Below, in pieces: positions 50,065 to 62,376 of a stretch of DNA of 64,000 bases (positions within the stretch are counted from its first letter, which is position 1; each line of letters starts with the position of its first letter). Origin of the DNA: Paramoeba atlantica (lineage: Eukaryota > Protista > Discosea). Under the pieces are notes generated by a model, which saw only the letters and a program-made list of their open reading frames with translations, did not search any database and was not told the origin of the DNA. The position numbers and the translations under genes were made by a program. The stretch covers positions 1 through 64,000 of the forward strand of contig CDRNVI010000199.1 in the NCBI GenBank assembly GCA_977017575.1, in the 5' to 3' direction.

Positions 50065-50593
50065 TGTGTGGCCAAGGGGAAGAAGGAGAGGGACAAGAAA
50101 AACACAACAGAAAGGAACTGAAGAGAATGATTTATTTGTATCAACAAACAGAAAAGGGGGAACAAATGATTTGTGACAGCAGAGAAAAAGGGGGAAAAAC
50201 AACACAAAACAAAGGAGAGAAAGACAGCAAAAACAGTGTGAAAAGAGTGTTTTAGTGGCAGATAACTGCAATAGAACACAGGTGGATCATTCATGAATCA
50301 ACATCCCAAAAAGCATGAAGAAAAGGAAAAAAACAGGAGAAAAGAGAGGGGAGGAAAAGTGAGAAAAGGGGAAAAAGAAAAGGGAAAGGAAGGAAAGAAA
50401 GAGAAGGGGGGAGGAAGGATGAGAGAAGAGGAAGGGAAAGAAGAGAAAGAGAGAGAAAAGAGAAGAAGGAAAAGAGAGGGAAGAGAGAGAGTGTCAATCG
50501 GGGAGAACAGGGAGAGAGAGATCAGTTGTTTGGCAGAAGAGGGAGTGAGAATGGCTCCAAATGGAAAACACAAGAGCCGACAGGATCATAACA
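50065..50593 (-). repeat. Third, inverted copy of the copia LTR (529 bp)
   Basis: Reverse complement of 50630-51158, followed by 36 bp that contains the PPT in inverted orientation. Confidence 0.95.
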
Positions 50594-53500
50594 CACCCTC
50601 CTCAATTTGGAGCCATTTGAACAACAAGCTGTTACGATCCTGTTGGCTCTTGTATTTTCCATTTGGAGCCATTCTCACTCCCTCTTCTGCCAAACAACTG
50701 ATCTCTCTCTCCCTGTTCTCCCCAATTGACACTTTCTCTCTTCCCTCTCTTTTCCTTCTTCTCTTTTTTCTCTCTCTCTCTTCTTTCCCTTCCTCTTCTC
50801 TCATCCTTCCTCCCCCCTTCTTTTTCTTTCCTTCCTTTCCCTTTTCTTTTTCCCCTTTTCTCACTTTTCCTCCCCTCTCTTTTCTCCTGTCTTTTTCCTT
50901 TTCTCTGTGCTTTTCGGGATGTTGATTCATGAATGATCCACCTGCATTCTATTGCAGTTATCTGCCACTAAAATGCTCTTTTCACGCTGTTTTCGCTGTC
51001 TTTCTCTCCTTTGTTTTGTGTTGTTTTCTCCCCTTTTTCTCTGCTGTCACAAATCATTTGTTCCCCCTTTTCTGTTTGTTGATACAAATAAATCATTTTC
51101 TTCAGTTCCTTTCTGTTGTATTTTTCTTGTCCCTCTCCTTCTTCCCCTTGGCCACACAGATTCCAAGATTCAGAGGATTCTGCGAGCTCTTTAAAAGGGG
51201 GTTCGTTAAGATCCCAGTTGAAGTCACCTCCCAGAATGTTCAGTCCATCTTTGGAGAAGAACTTTCTGATTTGGTCTTGCATAAAGGGAAGTTTCAGATT
51301 GCGATGCCAGTAGACATTCATCACAGCATATTCAGTATTGAAAATCTTGGTTCTCAGTCCAAACAAACCACTCTCAGAGCTTTCAATTGGGTATGGTTCT
51401 ATATCATGAAGGCCTTCCATTCTTTTGACTCCAATGGCCAGGCCCTGCTTCTGTTCCAAGAAGGGGTCTTTGAACCACAAATATTTCCTCAAACAATTCT
51501 TGAGATGATCAAGATCTTTTTCAGATGCAGCATGGGTTTCTTGAAGCAAAATAAACAGAGGATGGCAACTTGCAGCCATTCTACAGCAAAGGTTGAGTTT
51601 TTCATCATTGTGAACACCATTGATGTTCCATGATAAAATCCTCATGTCTGGGAATTTGTTATACTGATACAGGTTTGGAAGTGGCAGCACAGAGAAGGGA
51701 GGAAGAAAAGAAGATGAAGAGGGTTGGAACACCAAGGCAGGTGCTTGAGGGGTTGGGGAGGCAAGGTTTGTTTTTTGACAAAGATCAATAATGGGAGAGT
51801 CAGAGGGATCCTTCAGTGGTGGAAAGAAAGATTTTAAATTGTTGTTGTTTTTCTTTCCTTTCATTCTTTCCTTTATGAGGGGGAGGAAGAAGAGGAGGAT
51901 GAAACATTGCTTGACTCAGGGAATCGAGCACTATCCATTGTCAACACTGTCTCACCCCATTCTATTTGATGCAAATCTCCAAGAACTGTGAACCTGTTTG
52001 AGGCAGGGATCTCTGAAAAAGGATAAATCGCTTTTTCCTTTCTGGGGACACCAGTGGGGACACTCTTATCACAGTCATTTTCCTTTGTTTTTTCCTCTTC
52101 ATCTTTCTCTTCTTCTATCTCCTCTTTCCCTTTCTCCTCTTTCCTACTTTTCTTTTTCTTCTTCTTCGCTGGCTTCTTGGTTACAGGTAATGGTTTGGTC
52201 CCAGTAAGAGTTGGTTCCTTCTCCTCAACTGTCTTTTCTGACACCACCCTCTTCCTCAGTCTGGATTTCGGCTTTAATTTCAGTTCCTCAACCACCCTAT
52301 CAATAACGTGGCCAAGGAAGTCTGCATCAAAACTCGATTCCCATTTAAACTGTCCTTTTTCCAACTCTCTCTTCAACTTCCCAAGGCTATCTTCAGTCCT
52401 CTCCCACTCACACTGGAAATTCGCCCCATCTAATATTTTCCAAGCCCCTTCAGTGTTGTGGATAGTCATCAACCATTTGCTCCCAGAAATTGGATCAGAT
52501 GAGAATCAAGGTTTGCTCATGTCTGGGGAAAACTCGTCCTCATCTTCAATTAAAATAACCCCCCTCTCTGCATCAGTTTCAGCAACAATGTCTTCAAGGA
52601 AATCCATCATATCTCTTTGAGGGATTGTTGGAGTTTCTGACGTACTGCCCGAGCGAGATGATGTGGCCAGAGTTTGGGAGAGTGATTCCTTATGAGGTTT
52701 AGTAGTCTTGAGCGAAGATTTGGGTTGGTTACTTCTTGAAGGGGCTGATTTTTCCTTGGAGGAACCTTCTTGAAGAGCGGTTTTCCTCACGTTTGAGCTT
52801 TGATCAACCTCCATCAGGGTTGTAGATGGGGGACAAGGGTTAGCAGACTTCATTGGGGGTGGTGCCCTCTGATTGGGATTTGGTAATATGGGAAACTGGG
52901 ATAGAGAGAGATTCGTACCTTGGTTCCCTTGATTAGTCAAGGATTCTGTAGGAATAATAAATCTTTTATGTGACTGTTCCCTCAATTTCGTGATCATCAT
53001 GAGAAGGGAAGGAAATTTCCTCTGAGAGTCTATCTTATTATTTAACTTTTTGATGATTCCTCCCTCTCCCTCCTTGTCCACAATCTCCTTTGCACATTTT
53101 AAATGCCTTGAGTGTGAAATCTCACACACTTGGCAATTTACTTTCTTGTGAAAGGGACTCATAGGGGTCCACAGAGAGATCCTACCTTGGAACTCATTGT
53201 TAATAATAAAAGAACCTCTGTGCTTGGCAATAATATGTGTCAGAATGAGGGGGATTACATCATAGAAGATGACAATACAATCGTTGCTGATCTGAGCCAC
53301 CTCTCTTAATCCATGGCGAGGAAGAGCAGATTCACCAATAAACAATCTTTGGATCCACTCTTCCCCTTTGATTAAAAAGGGGACACGGAGTTTAAAGCCC
53401 TATAAATTCCAATCTTGGTTGTTCTTCCAGACAAAGGGCTTCCCAAAACCAGTTGTGAGAAGGGAACCATTTTCCAGAATGACTTTCTCCAGGGGTTCGC

Positions 53501-54036
53501 ATGTTTCTTTGTCAAAGGTGGCCATGTTGAGGTGGCCTTTCATAACATGCAAGAGGAAATTCCCTCTCAGCTTAGGGACTTTGTTGAGTGTGGCCATCGC
53601 TCTCTGATAGTTTGGCATTCCTTCATATAAGCAAAAGGAACCCATTACAAAGATGGGGCAAATTATTGTGTTGTTCTTCACAGAGTTAACCTCAGTTCCA
53701 ATATGGGACAAGGTCTTTGGTATTTCTTTCTTGACTCGCAACCACCATCCTTCCTCAGGTGCTCTCTTTGAAGTCGATTTGATTGGAATTTCTTCAGAAT
53801 TCCCACTTGGGTTTGCATTTTTTTGTTCGTTCTTTGAATACAAGGGGGAGTGGGACCCATTCTGGGAGCTCTTAGGGGAAGAGGATGTACTCTTTCCACT
53901 GGACATAACAGATTTCTCTGAAGTGCTCAACTAGGCGGGGTTTCACCAACACAGCAGGTGAAGGAAAGAAAATCAGATTGGGCAAGGAAAGTCTTCTTGA
54001 ACCAACCACTTTTTTTTTTTCAAAGTCCATCATATC

Positions 54037-54405
54037 TTTTTTTTTCTTTTTAAAACAAACTTTATTCAATTAGTAGTTTTTAATTTAAACCATTTAAATT
54101 ACATTAAATTATATTTGTTTTTAACTTCTAACAAGAAGTGAAGTTTTAAACTTCAGTTTAGTTCAGTTGATCTTTATGCTGAATTTTTGAACTTCTGTAA
54201 GTTCATTCTAGAGGATACACATTAGAAGGAAAAATAATCTAAAGTTCCTTCCAAGAGAATTTATTTTCAACTTTTTAGTAAATAGAGCTGAAATGTAATT
54301 TATTTCAATTTTTATACTTTTTTAAAAGTTCTTCACTTCAATTAAATCATTTTACAGCACCAGAAAAATTGTCTAAAATATCAAAAAACTAAGATTTGAA
54401 CTTTT
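54037..54405 (-). mobile_element. Older, AT-eroded copy of the tRNA-derived SINE
   Basis: Reverse complement of the SINE body from the A-tail to the B-box remnant (GATTTGAACT at about 54393). Confidence 0.75.
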
Positions 54406-54944
54406 TTTACTTAATTTAATTTTCTTTATTTTAAAATACAAACCAGCATTCCATAAAACTTTTAAACTTCAAAAACATTTTTTCTGATGTAGTACAGTTA
54501 AAAAAAAATAATTTTCTATAAACTTTTTGATTTACCAAAAAGATTTCATATAATAAACTTTTTATCTTTTTTTTATTATAGTTTTTTCAAACAAATAGTT
54601 TTTCTCACTGATCACCAATGAAAAGCTAACATATAAACTGTATATAAAAATTCTATAATAATTTAAGTATTTAATTTTAAAATTTTATATTTTTAATTTT
54701 TAGAATTTTAATTTTTAGAAATTGTTTTTTAGAATTTTAATTTTTAATTTTTGAAATTTTAATTTTTAAAGGTTGATTTTTAAAATTCTAATTTTAATTT
54801 TTAAAATTCTAATTTTCAAAAGTTTATTTAAAATTGAGTTGAAATTGTTTATTTGTAAAGATGAAATTTTTTTTTTAAAATTTTAAAAAGACTCAATAAA
54901 AGTTTTTAAATGTTCAAAAAATAATAAAAAAAAAAAAATTAAAA

Positions 54945-55335
54945 AAATTCTGAGCTTAGAACTTTAGTAGAGGGTGAAATCCAAAGTTTTACATTTTCTA
55001 AAATTTCTCTTTACAAAACTTATTCTCTTGGAGAGTTGAACTTATACCCTTTAAAAAGAGTCACACACTTTTTTCCACTGAACCAAATATAAAAAGTTAA
55101 AAAAGTAAAAATTTTAAATTATTTTTAAATGACAAAGATCAAAAAGTTAAATATCATTCATAAAAAGAACTTTTTTGTTAAATTTACTCATGACTTTATT
55201 GAAAAAAAATCATCATTTTCCATGAAGGATGTGAATTCAATTCTTCAAAAGATTGAGTTTTGAGAAGAGAAATTTTGGGAAATGCAAAACTTTGGATTTC
55301 ACCCTTTGCCAAAGTTCTGGGTCTAAAATTTTCAA
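54945..55335. repeat. Imperfect inverted repeat (foldback/MITE-like)
   Basis: AGAACTTTAGTAGAGGGTGAAATCCAAAGTTTTACATTTTCTAAAATTTCTC at about 54958-55010 is mirrored at about 55268-55320. Confidence 0.55.
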
Positions 55336-55408
55336 AAAAAAAAAAATTTTGTTTTTTTTTAACTTTCAAGGGTTTTTTAGAAACTCTCAATACAGTTAAT
55401 TTAGATAA

Positions 55409-57819
55409 CACTGCATCTGATTTTTGAGAAAATGTGAATTTTAAAAATAAAATTTGGGTCCATTTTTTTTAGTAGCAATCCAGTGTTTAAAGGTGTCGTA
55501 AGCAACTTTTTGATGGTTGTTAAGGTGATAATTTTGTGTTTTTTTTTCAAATATCAGATGCACAAACCCAGCACCCATAATTCAAAATCCATTTTCATTT
55601 TTCAAAGACTGTGTTTCCAAATGTAACCCAACTTGGTTAACTCAAAACTTGATGTATTTTCCCATCCTAAATAAAAGAGAAGAGAAAGCCTAATATCTTT
55701 TTTGTCATGATGAAGAACTGTCCCACAAGCAATTGAGAGCCAAAATTCTTCAATCAAGCAAAAATCTTTGTTGAAAGAGTCTTCGAGAAGGAGTTCAGGT
55801 TCGAACAGAGTGAGCAATTTGTTTAGACATTTGAGAGAAAAACAAAAAACAAGAAGAAAAAAAAAGAAAAAAAAATAAAGGACTTGAACTAAATCATTTT
55901 GACTGTATTTTTTGAATAAAAAAAAAGAAAAAAAGTAATCTGAAAAAAATCCAAGATGAAAATTGCTAATTTTTTTGTTTTTTTTTCTTTCAAATTTTTG
56001 ATTCTTTTTTCAAAATGCTTGCCAGATTCAATCTCAAAAGAAAAAAATGAATTCAATCATAAAAAAAGAAAAGAAGGAAATTAAAAATGGAATTCTTGCT
56101 CTGTCAACCAATTCCCCATAATTCTTTGTTTTCTTCTTCATGGACATTATCACCAAAAAACCCTTTTCCTCTCTCGATGTTATTGTTTCCTCCTGTTCAT
56201 TTTTCAAAGCTATCTAAGGATAGTTATTCTACTCTCTCTCTCCTCCTTCACCTTTATTATTTGATCATTTTTGTTTTTCGACTGCACGAGAATTTGTAAA
56301 AACAAATAAGAGTTTAGTGTCTTGGAAAGTGCTTGAAGAGAAGGTTATGTTTCTGTTTGATCATCTTGTTTTTCTTTTTCTTTCTTTTTTTTCTTTTGTT
56401 TTTCTCCCCTTTTTTTCTTTCTTTTTTTTTCTTCCTTTTTATTCTTCCTTTTTATTCTCTCTTTTTTTCTCCTTTTTTCTCCTTTTTCTTTTTTCTTTTC
56501 TTTTTTTTTTTATTATTCTTATCATTTTTAAAAATATCTTTTTTGAATCCACACAATACAGATTTCTAAAATTGTTGGAAGAATGAGTTGAAAGAAAGCA
56601 AGTGGTTCACATGGACTCTCAAAACCAATGGATTATTCAAAACTGTGACAACCACATTATTTTAACAAGAAAACCAGGAAAAAGCACTATTGTTGTTGAG
56701 AACTTATTTTAAAACCAAACCAGCAACAGTTTCTCCCCAAAATCCATTGCCAGCTTTGGAGCAGGAAGTTTTGGAAATGGAATTTCAAACTCTGGTGATT
56801 TCAAGTGTATTGGCTCTCTAAACAAAGGATCTAAGACTCACTGAAATATTATCACATCATTTGGATTTTTTAGTAACCCATATCATTCATCATCATATTC
56901 ACAAACTGTGCTTGTTTCAAATCATCAGATTTCTCAAGGTTTTGAAAGTCTATTTATTAAATTTTAAGAAATTATAATCCTTCAAAACACACACAAAAAA
57001 AAAATGAATTAACCTTTTCGAATCACTTTCTTCACAACTTGCTTCCCAATGGGCAGACAATGAATGAGTTCTTGAATCAGTCTTTTTGAAATGCTGGACT
57101 TGAACTTTTCAAAAGTTCAAGTTCAGTGTTTCAAAAGGTTTATCCTCTTTAATCTGTGTTCCTTCATACCTTCGAAGAGATAAACCACTTTAAAGTTTGT
57201 AATCTCTTCTGTTTTCCTCTTGATTTGAGATGTAAAAGCTCTCCTTTCCCATTGTTTTTCATGAATAACAGAAGTGTTGATGATTGGAAGTTGTTCTATT
57301 TTTGTTTGGAAGAAAAATTGAAAAATTGTCATTTAAAAAGAAAGTTAAACCAGATTGTTTTGTCTTTTTGACTTTTTTAATCTTTTTGATCTCTTTCCAA
57401 AAATCTTTTTGGTGTTTCTGTGAGATTCAGGTGTGCCCATTTTCAAAAAATTGCCTGATCTATTTATTCTTAGACTTTAGAATATGGAGAAAAAAGTAGA
57501 ACCAAAATAGAAAAGGACATCTTCTCTTTCAAGGGGAGATATTGGCAGTTTGACCAACACTTTTTTAACACTTTTCAACATCTCTCCCATAAAAGTTGTT
57601 TTTTTGGTTCTTTAAAAATACATTATTTCAAAGAACATCAAAAAACAAATCAAAATCAAAAAACAAACCTTAAAAAGACTTCAAACAAAGATCAAAAAAG
57701 TGGATGGCAGAAGCAAAGAGAAGTATGAAAGAAAAATATGAGAAAACACAAGAACACAAACACTGTCCAAAATAGGGACTCAAAAAAAGTGTGCGATTTT
57801 TGAAAAATCGAATGTGGTG
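55409..57819 (-). mobile_element. Family F non-autonomous element with both CAC termini
   Basis: Left end CACTGCATCTGATTTTTGAGAAAA; right end, reverse-complemented, CACCACATTCGATTTTTCAAAAA. Lacks the catalytic exons. TSD unclear (GATAA/GATTG). Confidence 0.7.
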
Positions 57820-58189
57820 GATTGATAAATTCATAACTTGAAGTTCATAATTTAGCTAATTTGAAATGATTTTCACTTTCTTTTTTTGAAAAGAGAGTTA
57901 GATATGATGTTATTTATTAAAATTAAAAAACCATCAGTAAATACAAGAAGTGAGTTTAGTTTGAGGTTTTTTTTTTTAAGTTTTTTATAAAATCCTTTTC
58001 ATAAAATGAAATTGGGAAACTATCTTTAAATATTTTTAGTAAAAATTACAAGGAAAATTAAAGTGTTTATAAATTAAAGTGTTTTCAAGAGTAGTTTGAA
58101 TTGAAAATAAAATGTGAAGAGTAGTTACTATGTTTCCTCAGAACTTCCTAACAAAATATGTTGAAGGGATTGGGAAAGCCTAGTTACAG

Positions 58190-58960
58190 ACTAGAGGGGA
58201 ATTGATCCAATTCCACAAAGTTGAGTTTAAAACAATCCACTCTTCACTAGTTTCAGCAACATGTTGTGCTCTTGAATCTCATTGGTGGTCTTTCACAGCA
58301 CATTTTCCATTCTCTTTAGACCAACTTGCAGCAATTGCAATTGCATCAGCTTACTTATTCAACTTCTGAGGTACATGGGCAAATTCCACCTTGTTAAAGT
58401 GAACTGCCATCTCATGAATTTCACAAAGTAATCCATTCAAGGAATAATTGTTGATGGTGTGAGTTTTGGGAGCTGCCTTGGTGAGAATTATACAATCTCC
58501 AACAATCTCAATCTCATTTGTCATTGATCTATAACATTGCATCTCTCTCAGGCAACCTGTGAATTCACCAATATTGTTTGGTCTAAAAGAGATGGTTTCA
58601 AGTCCACCACATATCTCTTTCCCTTCTCTGAAAATTGCATAACCTGCATCCCCTAGGTGAGGGTCTGTTCACCTTGAGCCATTATAAAACACTTGAAAGT
58701 CTTTGAAATTAAAACTTTTCTTCTCATTAGATCTCTTCTTAGCCTGAAATCTTGGAGGCCAAGGGAGGATTTTGTTCTTTCCAAAATTTTCTCAAAAATT
58801 TCAATGGCAATTGAATGGCAATAGATTGGGATCCTTCAGCCCATGGTCCACAGACTCAAAAGAGCAGCACTCACCACTGAGGTTTCTTGCCTGGTAAGAT
58901 ACTTTGAGACAATACCAAAAAAAAACACACACCCTTGGTCTCTTGCCAGCCTGGAACTTT
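58190..58960 (-). mobile_element. Diverged LINE RNase H-region relic (family A relative, possibly family B ORF2)
   Basis: FQVFYNGS...GDAGYAIFREGKEICGG...NNIGEFTGC...IVGDCIIL...HVPQKLNK*ADAIA. Confidence 0.85.
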
Positions 58961-59194
58961 CAATTTTGTAAATTCACTTGAAAGCAACTAACAGCATTGA
59001 TACCAAATCCTGATTAGTGACTTAGGTGACCTGCATCCACCCTTGATGTAATCACAAATGAACTACCAAAATCCTGGCTTGTTCCTTCATCAGTGAAATG
59101 AGGAAGGATATTAATATGCTTATATTGAGGCAGGAGGTATGTGATGAGTCAGCCAATTGCAGTATCATCTTGACAGTGTTCATTCACCTCAAGT

Positions 59195-59700
59195 TTAGAA
59201 GAAGTGTTGGAACTCTGGACATTTTTCATGCCTTTTATTGTTTCCTTTGCTGTCTTTCTTGTCTTTCTTTTTTTGAGGGGAGATTATATAATCCCTCTTC
59301 AGCCTGTCCATCACAGTGTCAACTAACTTCTCTTCATCAGCCCTTTTCCTCTTCTTGTTACTGGAATCAGAAAGTGGATTCTGTCGACCTGATCTGCCCT
59401 CTCCTTGTTTGCATTGCCACGTCCAGTGTTGTTTCATTCACACAAAATTGCTTTCCTTGTTCGCTCGCCTCAGCCTTTTTTGGGCAGTCTTTGCGCAAAT
59501 GGCCAGGTTGAAGACAAACAAAGCAGTTCGGCTTGGATTTAACTTTCAGTTCCGCTTCTTGGCCACCATTCTGAAATCGGTTGGAACCCAACACGAATCG
59601 CTTTAGCACTCTTCCAACTCTCTGCAAAACAAGAATCTTCTACTTTCGCCTCAAACAAAACTCGAAGTGTCTCATCATTTGAAAACTCTCTTCTTCTTTA
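59195..59700 (-). pseudogene. CCHC zinc-knuckle ORF1/gag-like fragment
   Basis: CFVCLQPGHLRKDC followed by Lys-rich sequence. Frames are broken and no clear start is seen. It lies upstream of the RNase H relic on the same strand. Confidence 0.5.
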
Positions 59701-59976
59701 CATCGAGTATCCAGCGTTCTGGAGACCAGATGAACAGAAAAGGGAAAAAAGAAATACAAACTTTGCGTTTGAGAGAATAAAAAAAGGGCGCTATTTTAGA
59801 AATGAAGGAGAATCTTTTTTTCTTTTTTTTTTTTCGCTTTTCTTTTTTTGAAAGCGAAAAAAATTGTTTTCCGCTTCTTGTCTTAGGGCCCCTTCTGAAA
59901 AAGAAAAGAGAGAGAAGAGAGGAGAGAGAGAAGAATACATTTTTAAAAACAAAAGAGAGAGGGGAGAAAATAGATC

Positions 59977-60525
59977 ATGGATGGTGGAGGGGGGCAGATG
60001 ATTTTGTCGAGCCATTTGGAGAAGAAAGGGGAGAAAGGATTGGGGGGGAAGATATTTCGGAAGCGTTGGTTTGAGATGAAGAAGAAGGAGGGAGGGGGGA
60101 GTGGTGATGTTTTTATTGCTTATTTTTTTGAGGGGAAGGAGTTGGGGAGGATTGATGTTAAGGATGTGAGAGGTTTTTTTTTTTTTTTTTTTTGGGGGGG
60201 GGGGTTTGGTTTTTTGTTTTTTGTTTGGTGGTTTTGTTTGTTGTTTAAAGAAAGAGAGAAGAAGGAAAAGAAGAGAGAGAGAAAAGAAAGAAAAAAAAAC
60301 AAACAAAAAAGACAAAAAAAGAAAAAGAAATGGAAAAAATTAAAAAAAAAAAAATAAGAAAAAAAAAAAATAGATGTGCGAGTAGGGCAACAAATTGGAG
60401 AGTTTGATTTGATCACTGATAAAAGAACTTATTATTTGAGAGCTCTTTTTGAAGAGGACTTTGAAAAATGGACTCGCATTCTTTGTCAGTTTTGTTTTTT
60501 TTTTTTTTTTTTTGTTTTTTGTTTT

Positions 60526-60556
<31 letters not shown>

Positions 60557-62119
60557 TGTTTGTTTTTTTTTGTTTTTTGTTTTTTTTTTGTTTTTTGTTT
60601 TTTTTGTTTTTATTTGTTTTTTTTTTTTTTGTTTTTTGTTTTTTTTGTTTTTTATTTGTTTTTTTTTGTTTTTTTTGTTTTTGTTTTTGTTTTTTTTGTT
60701 TTTTTTGTTTTTTTTGTTTTTTTTTGTTTTTTTTGTGTTTTGATTGATTATTGAAATTTATTATTCTTATTATTTCTTTTTTGTTGATTATTTTTTTTTC
60801 TGTTTCATTCTTTCTTTTTCTTTCTTTTTTCTCACAAGAAAATGCACAGAACAATTGGGAGAGAATTAATTAATCCTCATCTTCCATCTCAAGAAGACAA
60901 CAGCCTAAATCCTTCTGCTCATTGTTCTCTCTTTTCTTTCTTTCTTACTCTCTCTCTCTCTTTCTCTCTCTTTAATTTCATTTAATTTGTTGTTTGGTTG
61001 AATTTATTGTTGTGGATTTAGTTTGTTGTTTCTTGATTGAATTTGTTGTTTTTCGATTTTATATTTATTTTTAAATTAAATTCATTATTTATTTTTAAAT
61101 TAAATTCATTCTTTATTTTTAAATTAAATTCATTATTTATTTTCAATTTTATTCATTTTAATTAAAAAAACAAAACAAAAAAAATAGGGGATGGTTCAAA
61201 GATGAATGTATATCGAGTAAGTATGTTGCAAAAAGGTTTTGATGATGTTCGTCATGGTGAAAATGGATCTTCAGTTTTGTTTTCTTTTTATTTTATTTTG
61301 TTTTATTTTGTTTTGTTTTATTTTGTTTTGTTTTATTTTGTTTTATTTTATTTTATTTTATTTTTTTTAATTATTTTAATTTTGTTTTTGGTGTTTTTTT
61401 GTTTTTATTTGTGTGTGTGATTTTTTTTTATATTTTGTTTTTCTTCTGTTTTTGTTTTATTTTGTTTTTGTTTTTGTTTTTGTTTTCTATTTTGTTTTCT
61501 ATTTTGTTTTCTATTTTGTTTTCTTTTTTTGTTTTTATCTTCTTTTTTCTCTCTTTTTAATCCAAGTAAATAAAACAGTACCTCGATCAAGTTAGCAGTG
61601 TTGATGAATTTAATGAGTATTTTTTTTTCTTTTTCTATTTCTTTTCTTTTTCTTTTTTTTCTTTTTCTTTTTCTTTTTCTTTTTCATTTCATTTCTTTTT
61701 CTTTCTTCTTTTAATAATTGAAAAAAAAAAAAACAGCACCCGATCTGCAACAGATTATTATGGAAAGAAACCAGTTCAAGAAGTCCAAGGTCTTGGTTAT
61801 GGCGGGGTATCATTTTTTCTTTCTCTCTTCTCTCTCTCTTTTTTTTTTTTCTCTTTTTTCTCTTTTTTTTCTCTCTTTGAGATTTTTTGATTTTTTTTTT
61901 CTCCTTTTTTCTTTTCTTGAAAAACATTCTTCTTTCTCTCTTCTCTCTTCTCTCTCTTCTCTCTCTTCTCTCTCTTCTCTCTCCTAAATTACCTTTTTCT
62001 TTGTGAAGTTGGTCGATAAAATTCACGGAGATTTGTCTCGAAAACCAGAAATTACAACAATGGCTGATAAAAATCGTCAGAAAGAAGAAGATTTTCCAGA
62101 AGAATATGCTTCCTTTTAA
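59977..62119 (+). CDS. PH-domain protein, 7 exons, predicted 229 aa
   Basis: Exons 59977-60172, 60374-60488, 60850-60923, 61188-61273, 61579-61616, 61737-61806 and 62009-62119 (690 nt). All introns are GT-AG with consistent phases. PH motifs HLEKKG...FRKRWFEM, AYF...GRIDV and FDLITDKRTYYLRA...EKW. The exon 2/3 and exon 4 boundaries are the least certain. Confidence 0.75.
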
Positions 62120-62344
62120 AAAAGAAAAAAAAGAAAAAGAAAAAAGAAAAAAGAAAATATTCTTTCAAAAAGGAAAGGTTTTTGTTTTGTGGTATTTCAT
62201 CCTCTATTGCTTGAAAGTAAATTTTGTAAATTTCAATTTTTATTCTCTCTTCTTTTTTTTTTTTCTTTTCTCTTCAAAGATTTTAAAAAGACCATTTTTC
62301 TTTTCCAAAAAATCAAGAAGAACACCCTTCTCTCCTTCCTCTCT

Positions 62345-62376
<32 letters not shown>

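Larger units (their letters stand above)
37680..51158 (+). mobile_element. Ty1/copia LTR retrotransposon containing LINE A4 and an extra inverted LTR
   Basis: LTRs at 37680-38213 (534 bp) and 50630-51158 (529 bp), TG...CA. TSD GATTC at 37675-37679 and 51159-51163. Domain order gag, PR, IN, RT, RH. Confidence 0.95.
33957..54021 (-). mobile_element. LINE family A copy A3, full length, split by the copia (segments 33957-37679 and 51159-54021)
   Basis: 15-bp TSD AAAGTCCATCATATC at 33942-33956 and 54022-54036. Poly(A) tail at 33957-33968. The endonuclease domain rejoins across the copia TSD GATTC. Confidence 0.95.

Noticed and set aside
61217-61222. GTAAGT as the exon 4 donor of the PH gene
   Set aside because: It is in phase and possible, but the next 57 nt are open and exon-like in composition, unlike the homopolymeric introns. 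Left as unresolved.
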